A DNA stretch of 32,569 nucleotides from Pseudobdellovibrionaceae bacterium (GCA_039810425.1 JBDHWW010000035.1:1-32569); one strand, 5' to 3'; positions 1-8,882 are shown, numbered from the stretch's first letter. Numbers and translations: made by a program. Notes: generated from the letters alone by a model not told the origin.

Positions 1-79
1 TTCGTCGAGTAAGGACAGCTCCGCTGGTTGTTCAATGGATTAGTGCGTGCTTCGACCATAGTGACTTAGAGGGCAACTC

Positions 80-228
80 AGCACAAGTTAGCACACAGGA
101 GTCCCTGCGTGTCCCTTGGCGTCCCAAATGCTGAAAACAGCCTGCCTAACCCATTGATTCTAGGTTTGGTGAAGTTTCTTATACTTAGTTTTTTTAGATT
201 TCTCGGTCATTTTTCTAGGAAAGAAAAA
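80..228. mobile_element. Putative attachment-region flank of an element integrated at tRNA-His
   Basis: Downstream of the tRNA 3' end: AGCACA x2 (80, 90) and GTCCC x3 (101, 111, 121) at exact 10-bp phasing, AACCCATTGATT, then an AT-rich tract. No integrase is visible in the window. Confidence 0.4.
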
Positions 229-306
229 TGGGGTGACTAACGGGACTTGAACCCGCGACCCTCGGAATCACAATCCGATGCTCTAACCAACTGAGCTATA
301 GTCACC
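229..306 (-). tRNA. tRNA-His (anticodon GTG), with encoded G-1 and CCA
   Basis: Reverse complement GGTGACTATAGCTCAGTTGGTTAGAGCATCGGATTGTGATTCCGAGGGTCGCGGGTTCAAGTCCCGTTAGTCACCCCA: D-loop AGTTGGTTAGA, anticodon loop TTGTGAT, T-loop GTTCAAGTC, G-1:C73 pair characteristic of tRNA-His, 3' CCA. Confidence 0.97.
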
Positions 307-320
307 ACAAAGAGTCCGTT

Positions 321-349
321 GTTATAGAGCGTCTGACTTCAAAGTGCAA
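321..349 (-). promoter_or_regulatory. sigma70-type promoter for tRNA-His
   Basis: Minus strand TTGCAC-17 nt-TATAAC ending 14 nt upstream of the tRNA 5' end. Confidence 0.7.
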
Positions 350-430
350 TGGAAAATTTCGTGAGGGGTGGGCTTTTTTATGGAGGCTAATCACCCCCTA
401 AGTAGTCGATTTTATGGATAAAATGATGAG

Positions 431-1390
431 CTAATAATCGCACTCTTTGACCAAAGGGCCGATCCCGCAGAGGCCTCCGGCCTTGTCTTTAGGAACTTCC
501 GTCGCCTCAGCCCACTCCCCATTGGCGTTACAGCGCTGACGCAAACATCGCACGTCCGCAAGCTCTAAACGGCAGGTTTTCTTCTCGCCCTTTGGATTCC
601 CCTCGCACACCCAGGCGCACTGGTTCAGCCGACCTTCTGGTTGCACACAGATCGCATTCTTGTCGTGCGGTTTTTCCTGAGCCTTTTTCTCAGCGGTTTC
701 TTTTTTGTGGCGCGCTTCGGCCTCTTTCTTTAAACGCACCTCCGAGTAGTGATTCTTTTCCTCCGCCGAAAGCGGCTGCACCAACCCAAGCTTTCCCCGT
801 GGGATTTTCTTACCCTTCAAAAGCACATCGTAAACGATCTCATCACCTTCGCGCACCCCCTGAAACCGTACTTGTTGGCCTTCCGTCACTAGAGCACTGT
901 CTTCGGCGTTCATTGCCGAAAACTCCATCGAGCCTTTAATAACCTTGGCTTCCGCAACTGCCATCTTTGGATCGTAATGCAAAATCACGTCGCCCACCGG
1001 GCTGATGAACTCAAACAAGTCCGAGCGCAAAGCAATATTATATTTCTTCCCCGGCTCTTCCTTCCAACGGATCGAGCCGTACCTCAAAACCACCAAGGGA
1101 CTATCCCCCGACTCCCAGCTGATAGATGGGAACTCGACACGACTATTTGGCAAAAGGCGCAAACTCCGGTGTTCATCTATTTGCACCAGGATCTCAGATT
1201 TTTCCGCAGTCTCGAGCGCTGCCTGCTCAATCAACACACGCTTTGGCTTCAACTTTCCATCTTTTTTATCTTTATCAATCCAACGCACTTTGCCTTGGAT
1301 CTCGGTCACCATCGGATACTTCGGAGCTGCCCCCACCGTCCCCAGGATCAAGAAGATCATAAAACATAAAGTAAAACTTAAAGTTCTCAT
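431..1390 (-). CDS. Secreted FecR-like domain protein with C-terminal 8-Cys domain
   Basis: Start reassigned to MRTLSF (ATG 1390, ATGA overlap with upstream stop). Hydrophobic signal peptide; FecR-like beta motifs (EIQGKV, ETAEKS, LRLLPNS, LRYGSIR, VIKGSMEF, VTEGQQV); charged helix; Cys-rich tail. Confidence 0.65.
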   Translation of the reverse strand: MRTLSFTLCFMIFLILGTVGAAPKYPMVTEIQGKVRWIDKDKKDGKLKPKRVLIEQAALETAEKSEILVQIDEHRSLRLLPNSRVEFPSISWESGDSPLVVLRYGSIRWKEEPGKKYNIALRSDLFEFISPVGDVILHYDPKMAVAEAKVIKGSMEFSAMNAEDSALVTEGQQVRFQGVREGDEIVYDVLLKGKKIPRGKLGLVQPLSAEEKNHYSEVRLKKEAEARHKKETAEKKAQEKPHDKNAICVQPEGRLNQCAWVCEGNPKGEKKTCRLELADVRCLRQRCNANGEWAEATEVPKDKAGGLCGIGPLVKECDY

Positions 1391-2163
1391 GCTTTCTTCT
1401 TTCGCATCTTGATTTCCCAGAGCTTGGCATGGCGAAGGAAAATCGAGTACCCCGCTCCCACCGCAATGATAAATCCCGGAAGCCCATCCAAAAAACCACA
1501 TTTTAAAAAGTAACATTCCACAAACTTGGTCCACGGTTTAAAAATGAGTTTTAACAAAGAAAAGCTCTTTCCAGCGCTTGCCAAATTCCCTGCCCCGAGA
1601 GTGGAGTATTTATTATTTGTCAGCACCTGATCGCTCAGATCTTCAAACACCCAATGAAGCATGTCGTGGCTTAAACGTTCTTTAGACTTTACTTGAACTT
1701 TTTCATGTAAGGCGTCTTGAGACCACTGCGAATGCCTGCGATTAAAAAGCCTGAGCTGGGCATCCGGGTACCAACCGCCATGGTTGATCCAGCGGCCGAG
1801 ATGATAGCTCCGGCGAGGGATTTCGTAGCCCACTTCAGGCTTTAGAGCTGCGAACTTTTCTAAAATTTCTTTTTGCAGCTCAGGACTCAAAGCCTCATCG
1901 GCGTCGAGCGACAGCACCCAGTCATTTTGAGCCAGAGTGACGGCAAAGGCTTTTTGCGGGCCATAGCCGCGCCACTTTTCTTGACTCACTTTCGCGCCCA
2001 ACTTTTGAGCAATTTCCGCCGTCCGGTCTGTGGAAAAACTATCCACCACGACAACGTCGGAGGCAAACGGCACTGAGCGCAGGCAGCGTTCGATGCTGGC
2101 TTCTTCATTGAGGGTCACAACCACAAGGCTTAATGGCAGTTTGGACGGCAAGTTTATCGACAT
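1387..2163 (-). CDS. GT2 glycosyltransferase, KdtX/WaaE-like (LPS core)
   Basis: LSLVVVTLNEE, VVVVDSFSTDRT, WRGYGPQK, WVLSLDADE, WYPDAQLRLF, HEKV, GFLDGLPG motifs. Confidence 0.88.
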   Translation of the reverse strand: MSINLPSKLPLSLVVVTLNEEASIERCLRSVPFASDVVVVDSFSTDRTAEIAQKLGAKVSQEKWRGYGPQKAFAVTLAQNDWVLSLDADEALSPELQKEILEKFAALKPEVGYEIPRRSYHLGRWINHGGWYPDAQLRLFNRRHSQWSQDALHEKVQVKSKERLSHDMLHWVFEDLSDQVLTNNKYSTLGAGNLASAGKSFSLLKLIFKPWTKFVECYFLKCGFLDGLPGFIIAVGAGYSIFLRHAKLWEIKMRKKKA

Positions 2164-2191
2164 CTTTTAAAAGTCCCAACACTTCAATGTC

Positions 2192-2220
2192 TTGTCAAAC
2201 ATAAGTCGAGTCGTTAACAT
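2192..2220 (+). promoter_or_regulatory. sigma70-type promoter for the beta-barrel/mreB operon
   Basis: TTGTCA-17 nt-TAACAT, followed by AAGGGAAGG RBS before ATG 2248. Confidence 0.5.
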
Positions 2221-2247
2221 CTTACTTTAACTAGAAGGGAAGGTCTC

Positions 2248-2874
2248 ATGAGAGTTTTATTCGGCCGTTGGGCACTCACTATGGGCATACTGCTTGTTTC
2301 GTCATCATCTCTAGCTTACCTCACCATCAGCGAGACTGCAGAGCTTCCGCCTGCGACATACTATCAACTCGGTTTCGAACCACAGTTCCTCACCAACAAA
2401 GGCGGTGGCACGAACGTGACAGCGTTCTTTGATGCGCCCTTTTCTGACTCAACATCAGGACGTCTGTGGTTGGGGGCCGGTGTCATCGACTTTAACGTCG
2501 GCGCCACTTTCAAGTACGTACCGTTTCCAGATGTTGATAACCAGCCGGGAATTGGTTTCCGGGCCGGCGGTTTCTTTGCGCGTAAGGATTCGGAAAACTT
2601 CCTAACCCTGCAACTCGCGCCGATTTTCTCGAAAAAAGTGAACACCGACAACGGCCTATTTACGCCGTATGCGGCAGTGGCTCTGGACTTCACCAACACC
2701 AAAGAGAAAAACTTCACAGGCTCGCAAGTCATATTCGGGACAGAGTATAAATCACCTGAGATCCCAAAAATGTATTTTGGCCTTGAAGCCGGAATCGAAC
2801 TCAACGATTCTTATTCATATGTCTCCGGGACCGTGACTTTCCCGTTTGATTCCAGCAAAGGACTTTTTGAATAG
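2248..2874 (+). CDS. Hypothetical exported protein, probable small outer-membrane beta-barrel
   Basis: Signal peptide ending SSLA; alternating amphipathic strands rich in G/F/Y (FNVGATFKY, FTPYAAVAL, YFGLEAGIEL, YVSGTVTFPF). Confidence 0.55.
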   Translation: MRVLFGRWALTMGILLVSSSSLAYLTISETAELPPATYYQLGFEPQFLTNKGGGTNVTAFFDAPFSDSTSGRLWLGAGVIDFNVGATFKYVPFPDVDNQPGIGFRAGGFFARKDSENFLTLQLAPIFSKKVNTDNGLFTPYAAVALDFTNTKEKNFTGSQVIFGTEYKSPEIPKMYFGLEAGIELNDSYSYVSGTVTFPFDSSKGLFE

Positions 2875-2875
2875 T

Positions 2876-3925
2876 ATGGAGATTTTCTCTTGGTTAACGA
2901 AATCCGACTCGAACACCGCCGCTGATATTTACGTTGACCTGGGGACAGCCAACACGTTGATCGCCGCCCGCGGAAAGGGCATCATCCTCAACGAGCCCTC
3001 CCTGATTGCCTACACCCAGCCGAGTCCAGGCAAAAAGAAAATCATGGGCGTTGGAGTCGATGCCCAAGAGAAGCTCGCTAAAACTGCGGGCAATATCATC
3101 GCGCAAAAGCCCATCCGTGACGGTGTGATCGCCGACTTTGAAACCACCCAGACGATGTTGAAACATTTCCTCAGTAAACCGGGAGTGAAATCAGCATTCT
3201 CCCGCCCACGCGTTGTGGTGTCTTTGCCTTATGGCGTGACCGACGTTGAAAAACGGGCGGTGGTTGAAGCCTGCAAATGGGCTGGTGCTAAGCAAGTGTA
3301 CTTGATCGACGAACCTATGGCGGCGGCGATTGGCGCGGGCATTCCAGTGAAAGCGGCAAAAGGCAATATGGTTATCGACATCGGTGGCGGTACGACGGAG
3401 GTCGCGGTCATCGCCCTTGCGGACATCGTCTATTGCCAAGCTGTTCGCGTCGGCGGGCACCGCCTTGATGAAGCGATTGCAGATTACTTTAAACGCTACA
3501 AGAAATTTATTATCTCTGAAGCAACCGCGGAGTATTTGAAAGTTTCCATCGGCACGGCCGTACCCAAGAAAGATATCCACACAGCCACCGCCAGCGGCCG
3601 CGATGTTGATACGGGCTTGACCAAAACCATCGAAGTCTCTTCAGAAGAAGTCGGCTTTGCGATGAACGATGCGATTCAAGAAATTATCGACGCTGTTCAC
3701 CGGGCCATTGAAAATACGCCCCCGGAATTGGTTTCAGATATCATTGAAAACGGAATCGTTCTCGCGGGCGGAGGCGCTTTGATCCGCGATCTTGATTTGC
3801 GCATCCAAAACGAAGTGCGTCTTGAGGTCCGCGTCGCTGAAAGCCCGCTCACCGCCATTGCCAAAGGCGGCGAAGCCGTCCTCAGCGATCCAGAACTACT
3901 AGAAAAAATCCAACTCGAAATTTAG
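2876..3925 (+). CDS. mreB: Rod shape-determining actin homologue MreB (stand-alone paralogue, no mreCD)
   Basis: DLGTANTL, NEPS, PIRDGVIADF, EPMAAAIGAG, DIGGGTTEVAVI, GIVLAGGGAL. Start taken at ATG 2876, 1 nt after the upstream stop. Confidence 0.95.
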   Translation: MEIFSWLTKSDSNTAADIYVDLGTANTLIAARGKGIILNEPSLIAYTQPSPGKKKIMGVGVDAQEKLAKTAGNIIAQKPIRDGVIADFETTQTMLKHFLSKPGVKSAFSRPRVVVSLPYGVTDVEKRAVVEACKWAGAKQVYLIDEPMAAAIGAGIPVKAAKGNMVIDIGGGTTEVAVIALADIVYCQAVRVGGHRLDEAIADYFKRYKKFIISEATAEYLKVSIGTAVPKKDIHTATASGRDVDTGLTKTIEVSSEEVGFAMNDAIQEIIDAVHRAIENTPPELVSDIIENGIVLAGGGALIRDLDLRIQNEVRLEVRVAESPLTAIAKGGEAVLSDPELLEKIQLEI

Positions 3926-3956
3926 CTCATTCCGGCCGGACCGTCGACAAGGGTCT

Positions 3957-4901
3957 CTATTTCATATCCTCGCGAAGAAGACGGCGCAACGTCTGCGCAA
4001 CGAAGCCCACTTTGCCATCGCCGATCTTGCGCCCCTCATAGGAGGTCACCGGCAAGACATCAAGAGTCGTTCCAACCATCATCACTTCCTTTGCCGACAG
4101 CAGATCTTTCTCATGCAGATCGGCTTCAACGACACCTTTGACTTGCCCTTGGTTCACGAGGTCGCTTGCTAAACGCAACGTGCGCATCATCGTCGTGCCT
4201 TTCAGAATTTGGCGCAAACGAGGGCGCACGAGTTCGCCTTGCGCATTCACGAGAATGATATTCTCAGTGCTGCCTTCGGTGACAAAGCCCTGCGAATCAA
4301 AGCCGATGGTGAAGTCCAATTTGCGATCAACGGCCTCTTTTTTCATCATGACGTTGGGCAAATAGTTGCATGACTTAATCGTTGCAAACCACGGATCCTT
4401 TGGCGGGATCTGACTCCTCCCGATCAAAGCACCTTCAGTGTATTTCACCTCTGGCAGCGCTTTGAAAGTCGTGACGACGCAGTACAACTGGGTGCCGACG
4501 GAATCATAGGGATTCGTCGAAAATCCCCCCGGGCCCCGGGCCATAAATAAACGCACGATTGCTTCCGAAGCTCCCGCGACTTTGACAGTTTCATGGACTA
4601 TCTCCACCAACTGCGGTCGTGAAAAAGGCCACGCAATCGAAAGTTGTGCCGCGGAACTTTCTAAGCGGTCCAGGTGGTCGTTCATTAAATAAACTTTTCC
4701 CTGGACGACTTTCAGCGCCTCAAACACGCCGTCTCCGCGGTGAACCAAGTGGTCATCCACGGGGACCATCATCAACGAAGGGTCTCGGACAATCCCGCCG
4801 TACCAAGAAGAATACATCGCCAGATAAGTTTTTTTTTGTTCATAAGAATATAAAGCGATTTTTTCAAAAACATCATCGGATGATAGAAGAGGAATGCTCA
4901 C
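3957..4901 (-). CDS. PLP-dependent class IV aminotransferase (D-amino-acid / branched-chain aminotransferase or ADC lyase family)
   Basis: HRGDGVFEALK, HLDRLESSA, IKSCNYLPN (PLP lysine), EGSTENI, ILKGTT, VGTTLDV. Start likely GTG 4901 after GGAGA. Confidence 0.9.
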   Translation of the reverse strand: MSIPLLSSDDVFEKIALYSYEQKKTYLAMYSSWYGGIVRDPSLMMVPVDDHLVHRGDGVFEALKVVQGKVYLMNDHLDRLESSAAQLSIAWPFSRPQLVEIVHETVKVAGASEAIVRLFMARGPGGFSTNPYDSVGTQLYCVVTTFKALPEVKYTEGALIGRSQIPPKDPWFATIKSCNYLPNVMMKKEAVDRKLDFTIGFDSQGFVTEGSTENIILVNAQGELVRPRLRQILKGTTMMRTLRLASDLVNQGQVKGVVEADLHEKDLLSAKEVMMVGTTLDVLPVTSYEGRKIGDGKVGFVAQTLRRLLREDMK

Positions 4902-5032
4902 AAAGTCTCCAATTTTAACCCGTTCAGAGTCACATGATACCCATGGTAATCGCTTCAAACCGCGGAGGAAAATAATTTCGGCAAAAATCTTCCCGCTTTT
5001 GCGCTGACGCAGGGAGCCCATGAAGAAGCCTA

Positions 5033-5056
5033 GGATTGAGTGACCCCGCTCAATCC
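5033..5056. repeat. Hairpin in the aminotransferase/metG intergenic region
   Basis: GGATTGAG-TGACCCCG-CTCAATCC, 8-bp perfect stem. No U-tract, so function unclear. Confidence 0.5.
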
Positions 5057-5072
5057 CTTCTGGCTACGATGA

Positions 5073-5198
5073 TCACAAGGCCCCGTTCCCAAAGATTTAG
5101 TGGCTAGATCACAAATCGTGCGTGACGCCGTAAACTCTGGTGAGGTAAAAATTCAGGCAGCTTTGCATTCCTTGGGCTCGGGAGTCGTGGAGTTCAAA
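5073..5198 (+). pseudogene. Remnant of the C-terminus of a beta-class carbonic anhydrase
   Basis: Reads PKDLVARSQIVRDAVNSGEVKIQAALHSLGSGVVEFK, resembling the beta-CA C-terminal pattern (L..S.il...v..G.v.i.ga.Y.l.tG.Vef). In-frame TGA at 5070; no Zn-ligand motifs upstream. Confidence 0.55.
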
Positions 5199-5223
5199 CA
5201 GCCAAAACATAAAGGGGGGACTC

Positions 5224-7293
5224 CTGGACGCAACTTCTTCAGCACCACGCAAAATTCTGATGACGACGGCTCTTCCCTACGCCAACGGCTATATCCATAT
5301 TGGCCACCTGGTGGAGTACCTTCAAGCCGACTACTGGAACCGCTTCCAAAACATGCGTGGCCATCAGTGTATTTATATTTGTGCTGACGATACTCATGGC
5401 ACGCCGATCATGGTGAAGGCCCGCGAACAGGGTATCACCCCGCAACAGTTGATTGCAAAGAGCTATGAGGAACACACGGCGGACTTCCACGACTTCCAAG
5501 TCGAGTTCGCCCATTATGGTTCCACCAACTCGGATGAGAACCGCAAGCTCATTGAGCACTTCTATGCAAAGTTCAAAGAGGGCGGCCACATCGTCACGCG
5601 GGCGATTCAGCAACTCTATTGCAATCACGACAAGATGTTCTTACCAGATCGCTTCGTAAAGGGCACTTGCCCGAATTGCGGCGCCAAAGAACAGTATGGC
5701 GATTCTTGTGACGTATGTGGCGCGACCTATGCGCCTTCTGACATGAAGGACGTGCATTGTTCGCTGTGTGGAACTCCGCCGGTTTTAAAAGATAGCGAAA
5801 GCATTTTCTTTAAACTCAACGACTACAAAAAATACCTCGAAGAGTGGATCCCGAAACACACGGCGGCCGATATCGGCAAAAAAATGCTGGAGTGGTTCAA
5901 TGAGGACCTCCATGACATCGACATTTCCCGGGACGAGCCTTACTTCGGCTTTCCAATCCCCGGCACGAACAACAAGAAGTTCTTCTATGTTTGGGTCGAT
6001 GCGCCGATGGGTTATATGTCTTCGACCGAGCAATGGGCTCGCCAGCAAGGCAAAACCTTGAATGACATTTGGCAGGACCCTGCCCGTGAAGTTTATCACT
6101 TCATCGGTAAAGACATCGCCCGCTTCCACACGATCTTCTGGCCGGCTTTCTTAAAGGCTGCCGGCTTCCGCGCACCAAATCAGGTTTTTGTTCACGGTCA
6201 CTTGATGGTGAATGGTGAAAAGATGTCGAAATCAAAGGGCACCTTTATTGCGGCTAGGACTTACTTGAATCATTTAAATCCTGAATTCTTGCGCTACTAT
6301 TACGCAACAAAGTTGAATGGGACTACGGAAGATATCGACCTCAACCTCGAAGACTTCGTGACCCGTGTGAATTCAGACCTCGTGGGTAAAATCACGAATC
6401 TTGCTTCCCGTGGCGCGCAGATGCTGAAAAAGAAAATGGACGGTGTCATGAGCTCTCCGGATGCGCAAGGGGCTAGCCTCATTCGCCACGCCCAGGAAAA
6501 ATCCGAAGAGATCGCAAAATACTACGAAGCCCGTGATTTCGTAAAAGCCACAAACGAGATTCGTGCGCTCGCGGATAAAGCCAACCAATACTTCGACGAA
6601 AAAGCGCCGTGGAAAACACTGGAAACTGATTCCAAAGGCACGAAAGAAGTCTTGACAACGACGTTGAACGTCTTCCGCATTTTAGCGATTTACCTAAAGC
6701 CGGTTCTGCCGCACTACACAGCGAAAGTCGAAAAACTCTTTGGTGAAAAACCCTATCAATGGGCTGACACGAAAAAGGTCCTCACCAATGCACTGATTCA
6801 AGATTATGAGCACCTTGCAAACCGTGTCGAGGCCGACAAAGTGAAAGCCATGGTTGAAGAAGCCAAAGCCTTGAACGAAAAAGTCGCGGCGGAAAAAAAA
6901 TCTGCCAGTACGGCAGCACCAAAACCGGCGGCCGCTGCAGCGACGGCGGGTGACAGCCAGTCCGGCGAAATCACCTTTGATGATTTCATGAAGGTCGATC
7001 TTCGCGTGGGCACCGTGGTCGATGCTGAGGAAATCAAAGAAGCGGACAAGCTCCTCCGACTGAAAATTGACATCGGCGGCGGAGAAATCCGTCAAATCAT
7101 TTCTGGGATCAAGGCCGCTTACTCTCCTGATAAGCTCAAAGGTCGGCAGGTTTTGGTCTGCGTGAACTTGGCTCCGCGCAAGATGAAGTTCGGCATGTCA
7201 GAAGGCATGGTCCTCGCCGCAGGTGAAGGCGGTAGTGACTTGTTCGTGCTTTCTCCGGATTCGGGCGCAAAAACCGGTCAGCGTGTAAAATAG
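5224..7293 (+). CDS. metG: Methionine--tRNA ligase with C-terminal tRNA-binding domain
   Basis: TTALPYANG.IHIGH, Zn-knuckle CxxC pairs, YVWVDAP, FIGKDI, KMSKS, C-terminal DLRVG...NLAPRKMKFGMSEGM. First ATG is 5260; the start is placed tentatively at CTG 5224 (see findings). Confidence 0.96.
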   Translation: MDATSSAPRKILMTTALPYANGYIHIGHLVEYLQADYWNRFQNMRGHQCIYICADDTHGTPIMVKAREQGITPQQLIAKSYEEHTADFHDFQVEFAHYGSTNSDENRKLIEHFYAKFKEGGHIVTRAIQQLYCNHDKMFLPDRFVKGTCPNCGAKEQYGDSCDVCGATYAPSDMKDVHCSLCGTPPVLKDSESIFFKLNDYKKYLEEWIPKHTAADIGKKMLEWFNEDLHDIDISRDEPYFGFPIPGTNNKKFFYVWVDAPMGYMSSTEQWARQQGKTLNDIWQDPAREVYHFIGKDIARFHTIFWPAFLKAAGFRAPNQVFVHGHLMVNGEKMSKSKGTFIAARTYLNHLNPEFLRYYYATKLNGTTEDIDLNLEDFVTRVNSDLVGKITNLASRGAQMLKKKMDGVMSSPDAQGASLIRHAQEKSEEIAKYYEARDFVKATNEIRALADKANQYFDEKAPWKTLETDSKGTKEVLTTTLNVFRILAIYLKPVLPHYTAKVEKLFGEKPYQWADTKKVLTNALIQDYEHLANRVEADKVKAMVEEAKALNEKVAAEKKSASTAAPKPAAAAATAGDSQSGEITFDDFMKVDLRVGTVVDAEEIKEADKLLRLKIDIGGGEIRQIISGIKAAYSPDKLKGRQVLVCVNLAPRKMKFGMSEGMVLAAGEGGSDLFVLSPDSGAKTGQRVK

Positions 7294-7335
7294 CTCAACT
7301 CTAAGCTTCTGCACTAACATTGCAATGGATTCCCT

Positions 7336-8121
7336 ATGAACCCTAAGGACTTAAAATCCCTTCAACACATCCATAAACTGATGCTAGACCTTGAGAAGAA
7401 AGGCCCCAACCCTCGCTTTAGTCCAGAAGAACTCACGCCTATCCAAGAAGCACTGCAGGCTTTTGTGAGCCACGAAGAGCATGCCTTTCAAAAGATCGGC
7501 GCCATCGCTCCACACCTCCACGCGGGAATGAACTTAAAACAATTCACTTCGTGGATTGTGCCGATCGAGCGCCTGCTACAAAAAGAACTGCGCGATGATG
7601 AGTTCCTGATTTACTCCGCAGATGGCACGGGACAAGCTGTCGAAAAGATCCCCCTTGTCTTCGTTCTTCATAACTTACGCTCTGCTTTTAACGTGGGCTC
7701 GATCTTCCGCACCGCCGAGTGCTTTGGCGTGAGCAAAATCTATCTCTGCGGCTACACGCCCCTGCCCACGCAGGATAAACTTGCAAAAACCTCGATGGGG
7801 GCTGCCGCGCTTATCGAATGGGAAGAAGTGCTTAAGCTCAATGATGTTCTGACCTCGCTGCGGGCGCGGGGCTATCACGTGGTGGGGCTTGAGACGACCT
7901 CGCACGCCGTTCCTATGCAGAAGACCTTTGCTCGAGGTCCCACGGCGTTTGTTCTCGGCAATGAGCGCTTCGGCATTGATCCTGAGTCGCTGAGTCTCTG
8001 TACTGAGGTTCGAAAGATTGAACTTCGTGGACAAAAAAACTCTCTGAATGTCAGCGTGGCCGCGGCAATTGCGACCTATGAGTTTTCACGTCAGTGGGTC
8101 TTAGCGGGGGGGCCGAGGTGA
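7336..8121 (+). CDS. TrmH/SpoU-family RNA 2'-O-methyltransferase with ~100-aa N-terminal extension
   Basis: LHNLRSAFNVGSIFRTAE, VLGNERFGI, KNSLNVSVAAAI SPOUT motifs. Confidence 0.88.
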   Translation: MNPKDLKSLQHIHKLMLDLEKKGPNPRFSPEELTPIQEALQAFVSHEEHAFQKIGAIAPHLHAGMNLKQFTSWIVPIERLLQKELRDDEFLIYSADGTGQAVEKIPLVFVLHNLRSAFNVGSIFRTAECFGVSKIYLCGYTPLPTQDKLAKTSMGAAALIEWEEVLKLNDVLTSLRARGYHVVGLETTSHAVPMQKTFARGPTAFVLGNERFGIDPESLSLCTEVRKIELRGQKNSLNVSVAAAIATYEFSRQWVLAGGPR

Positions 8122-8882
8122 ATTTCGAGCCCATTGGAATTTACTATTCCGAGGCAAAAGCTCCTTACGAGGCCGCCCGCCAGCCGCTCGATCGCATCAC
8201 CACGGTCGGCGAAATCCGTCTGCATCCAAGCCAGCAATTTGAACAAGCCCTCGAAAATCTCGAAGGCATTGAGCGCCTGTGGCTCATCTATATTTTTCAT
8301 CACAACACGACTCACTGGAAGCCAAAGGTTCTCCCGCCCCGCGGGAGCGACAAAAAAGTCGGTGTCTTTGCAACCCGCGCTCCCTATCGCCCGAACCCGA
8401 TTGGCCTAAGCTGCGTAAAGCTTCTTAAAGTCGACGGACTAAAGCTCTACATCGAAGGCGCGGACCTACTCGATGGCTCTCCGATCCTGGATATTAAACC
8501 CTATCTCCCCTACGCAGATGCATTTCCCGAATCAAAAACCGGCTGGCTCGGAAATCCCAAAAGGTACGCCGTACCTTTTTCGGATGCGGCGCGCAAGCAG
8601 ATTGATTTTCTTAGAGGCCAGGGGCTTTCGCAACTCGAGGATTTCATTCTCAATCAACTCGAGTACGATCCGGTGAATAGTGATAAAAAACGGGTCGCCG
8701 CCGAGGGCGGTGATTTCGTACTTGCCTATAAAACCTGGCGCATACGCTTTTCGCTGAATGAGGAAAAATCTGAAATCATCGTCAAGAGCCTCTACTCTGG
8801 CTATAGCGATGCGGATTTGGCCGAGACTGCAGATCCTTACGCGGATAAAATGACTCACAGGGAATTCTTAAGACGCTTTTAG
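8118..8882 (+). CDS. tsaA: tRNA (N6-threonylcarbamoyladenosine(37)-N6)-methyltransferase TrmO/TsaA
   Basis: LWLIYIFH, PPRG...GVFATRAPYRPNPIGLS, GADLLDGSPILDIKPYLPYAD. GTG 8118 overlaps the upstream TGA. Confidence 0.92.
   Translation: MNFEPIGIYYSEAKAPYEAARQPLDRITTVGEIRLHPSQQFEQALENLEGIERLWLIYIFHHNTTHWKPKVLPPRGSDKKVGVFATRAPYRPNPIGLSCVKLLKVDGLKLYIEGADLLDGSPILDIKPYLPYADAFPESKTGWLGNPKRYAVPFSDAARKQIDFLRGQGLSQLEDFILNQLEYDPVNSDKKRVAAEGGDFVLAYKTWRIRFSLNEEKSEIIVKSLYSGYSDADLAETADPYADKMTHREFLRRF

Noticed and set aside
364..398. GGGGTG...CACCCC inverted repeat as a terminator
   Set aside because: Short stem with a long loop and no clear U-tract.
4902..5259. T-box or SAM riboswitch upstream of metG
   Set aside because: No T-box or SAM-I consensus was recognised; the region is better explained by a CA remnant and one hairpin.
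5100..5387. 95-aa ORF as a real gene
   Set aside because: Only the first ~33 codons look protein-like (CA tail); the remainder is out-of-frame overlap with metG.
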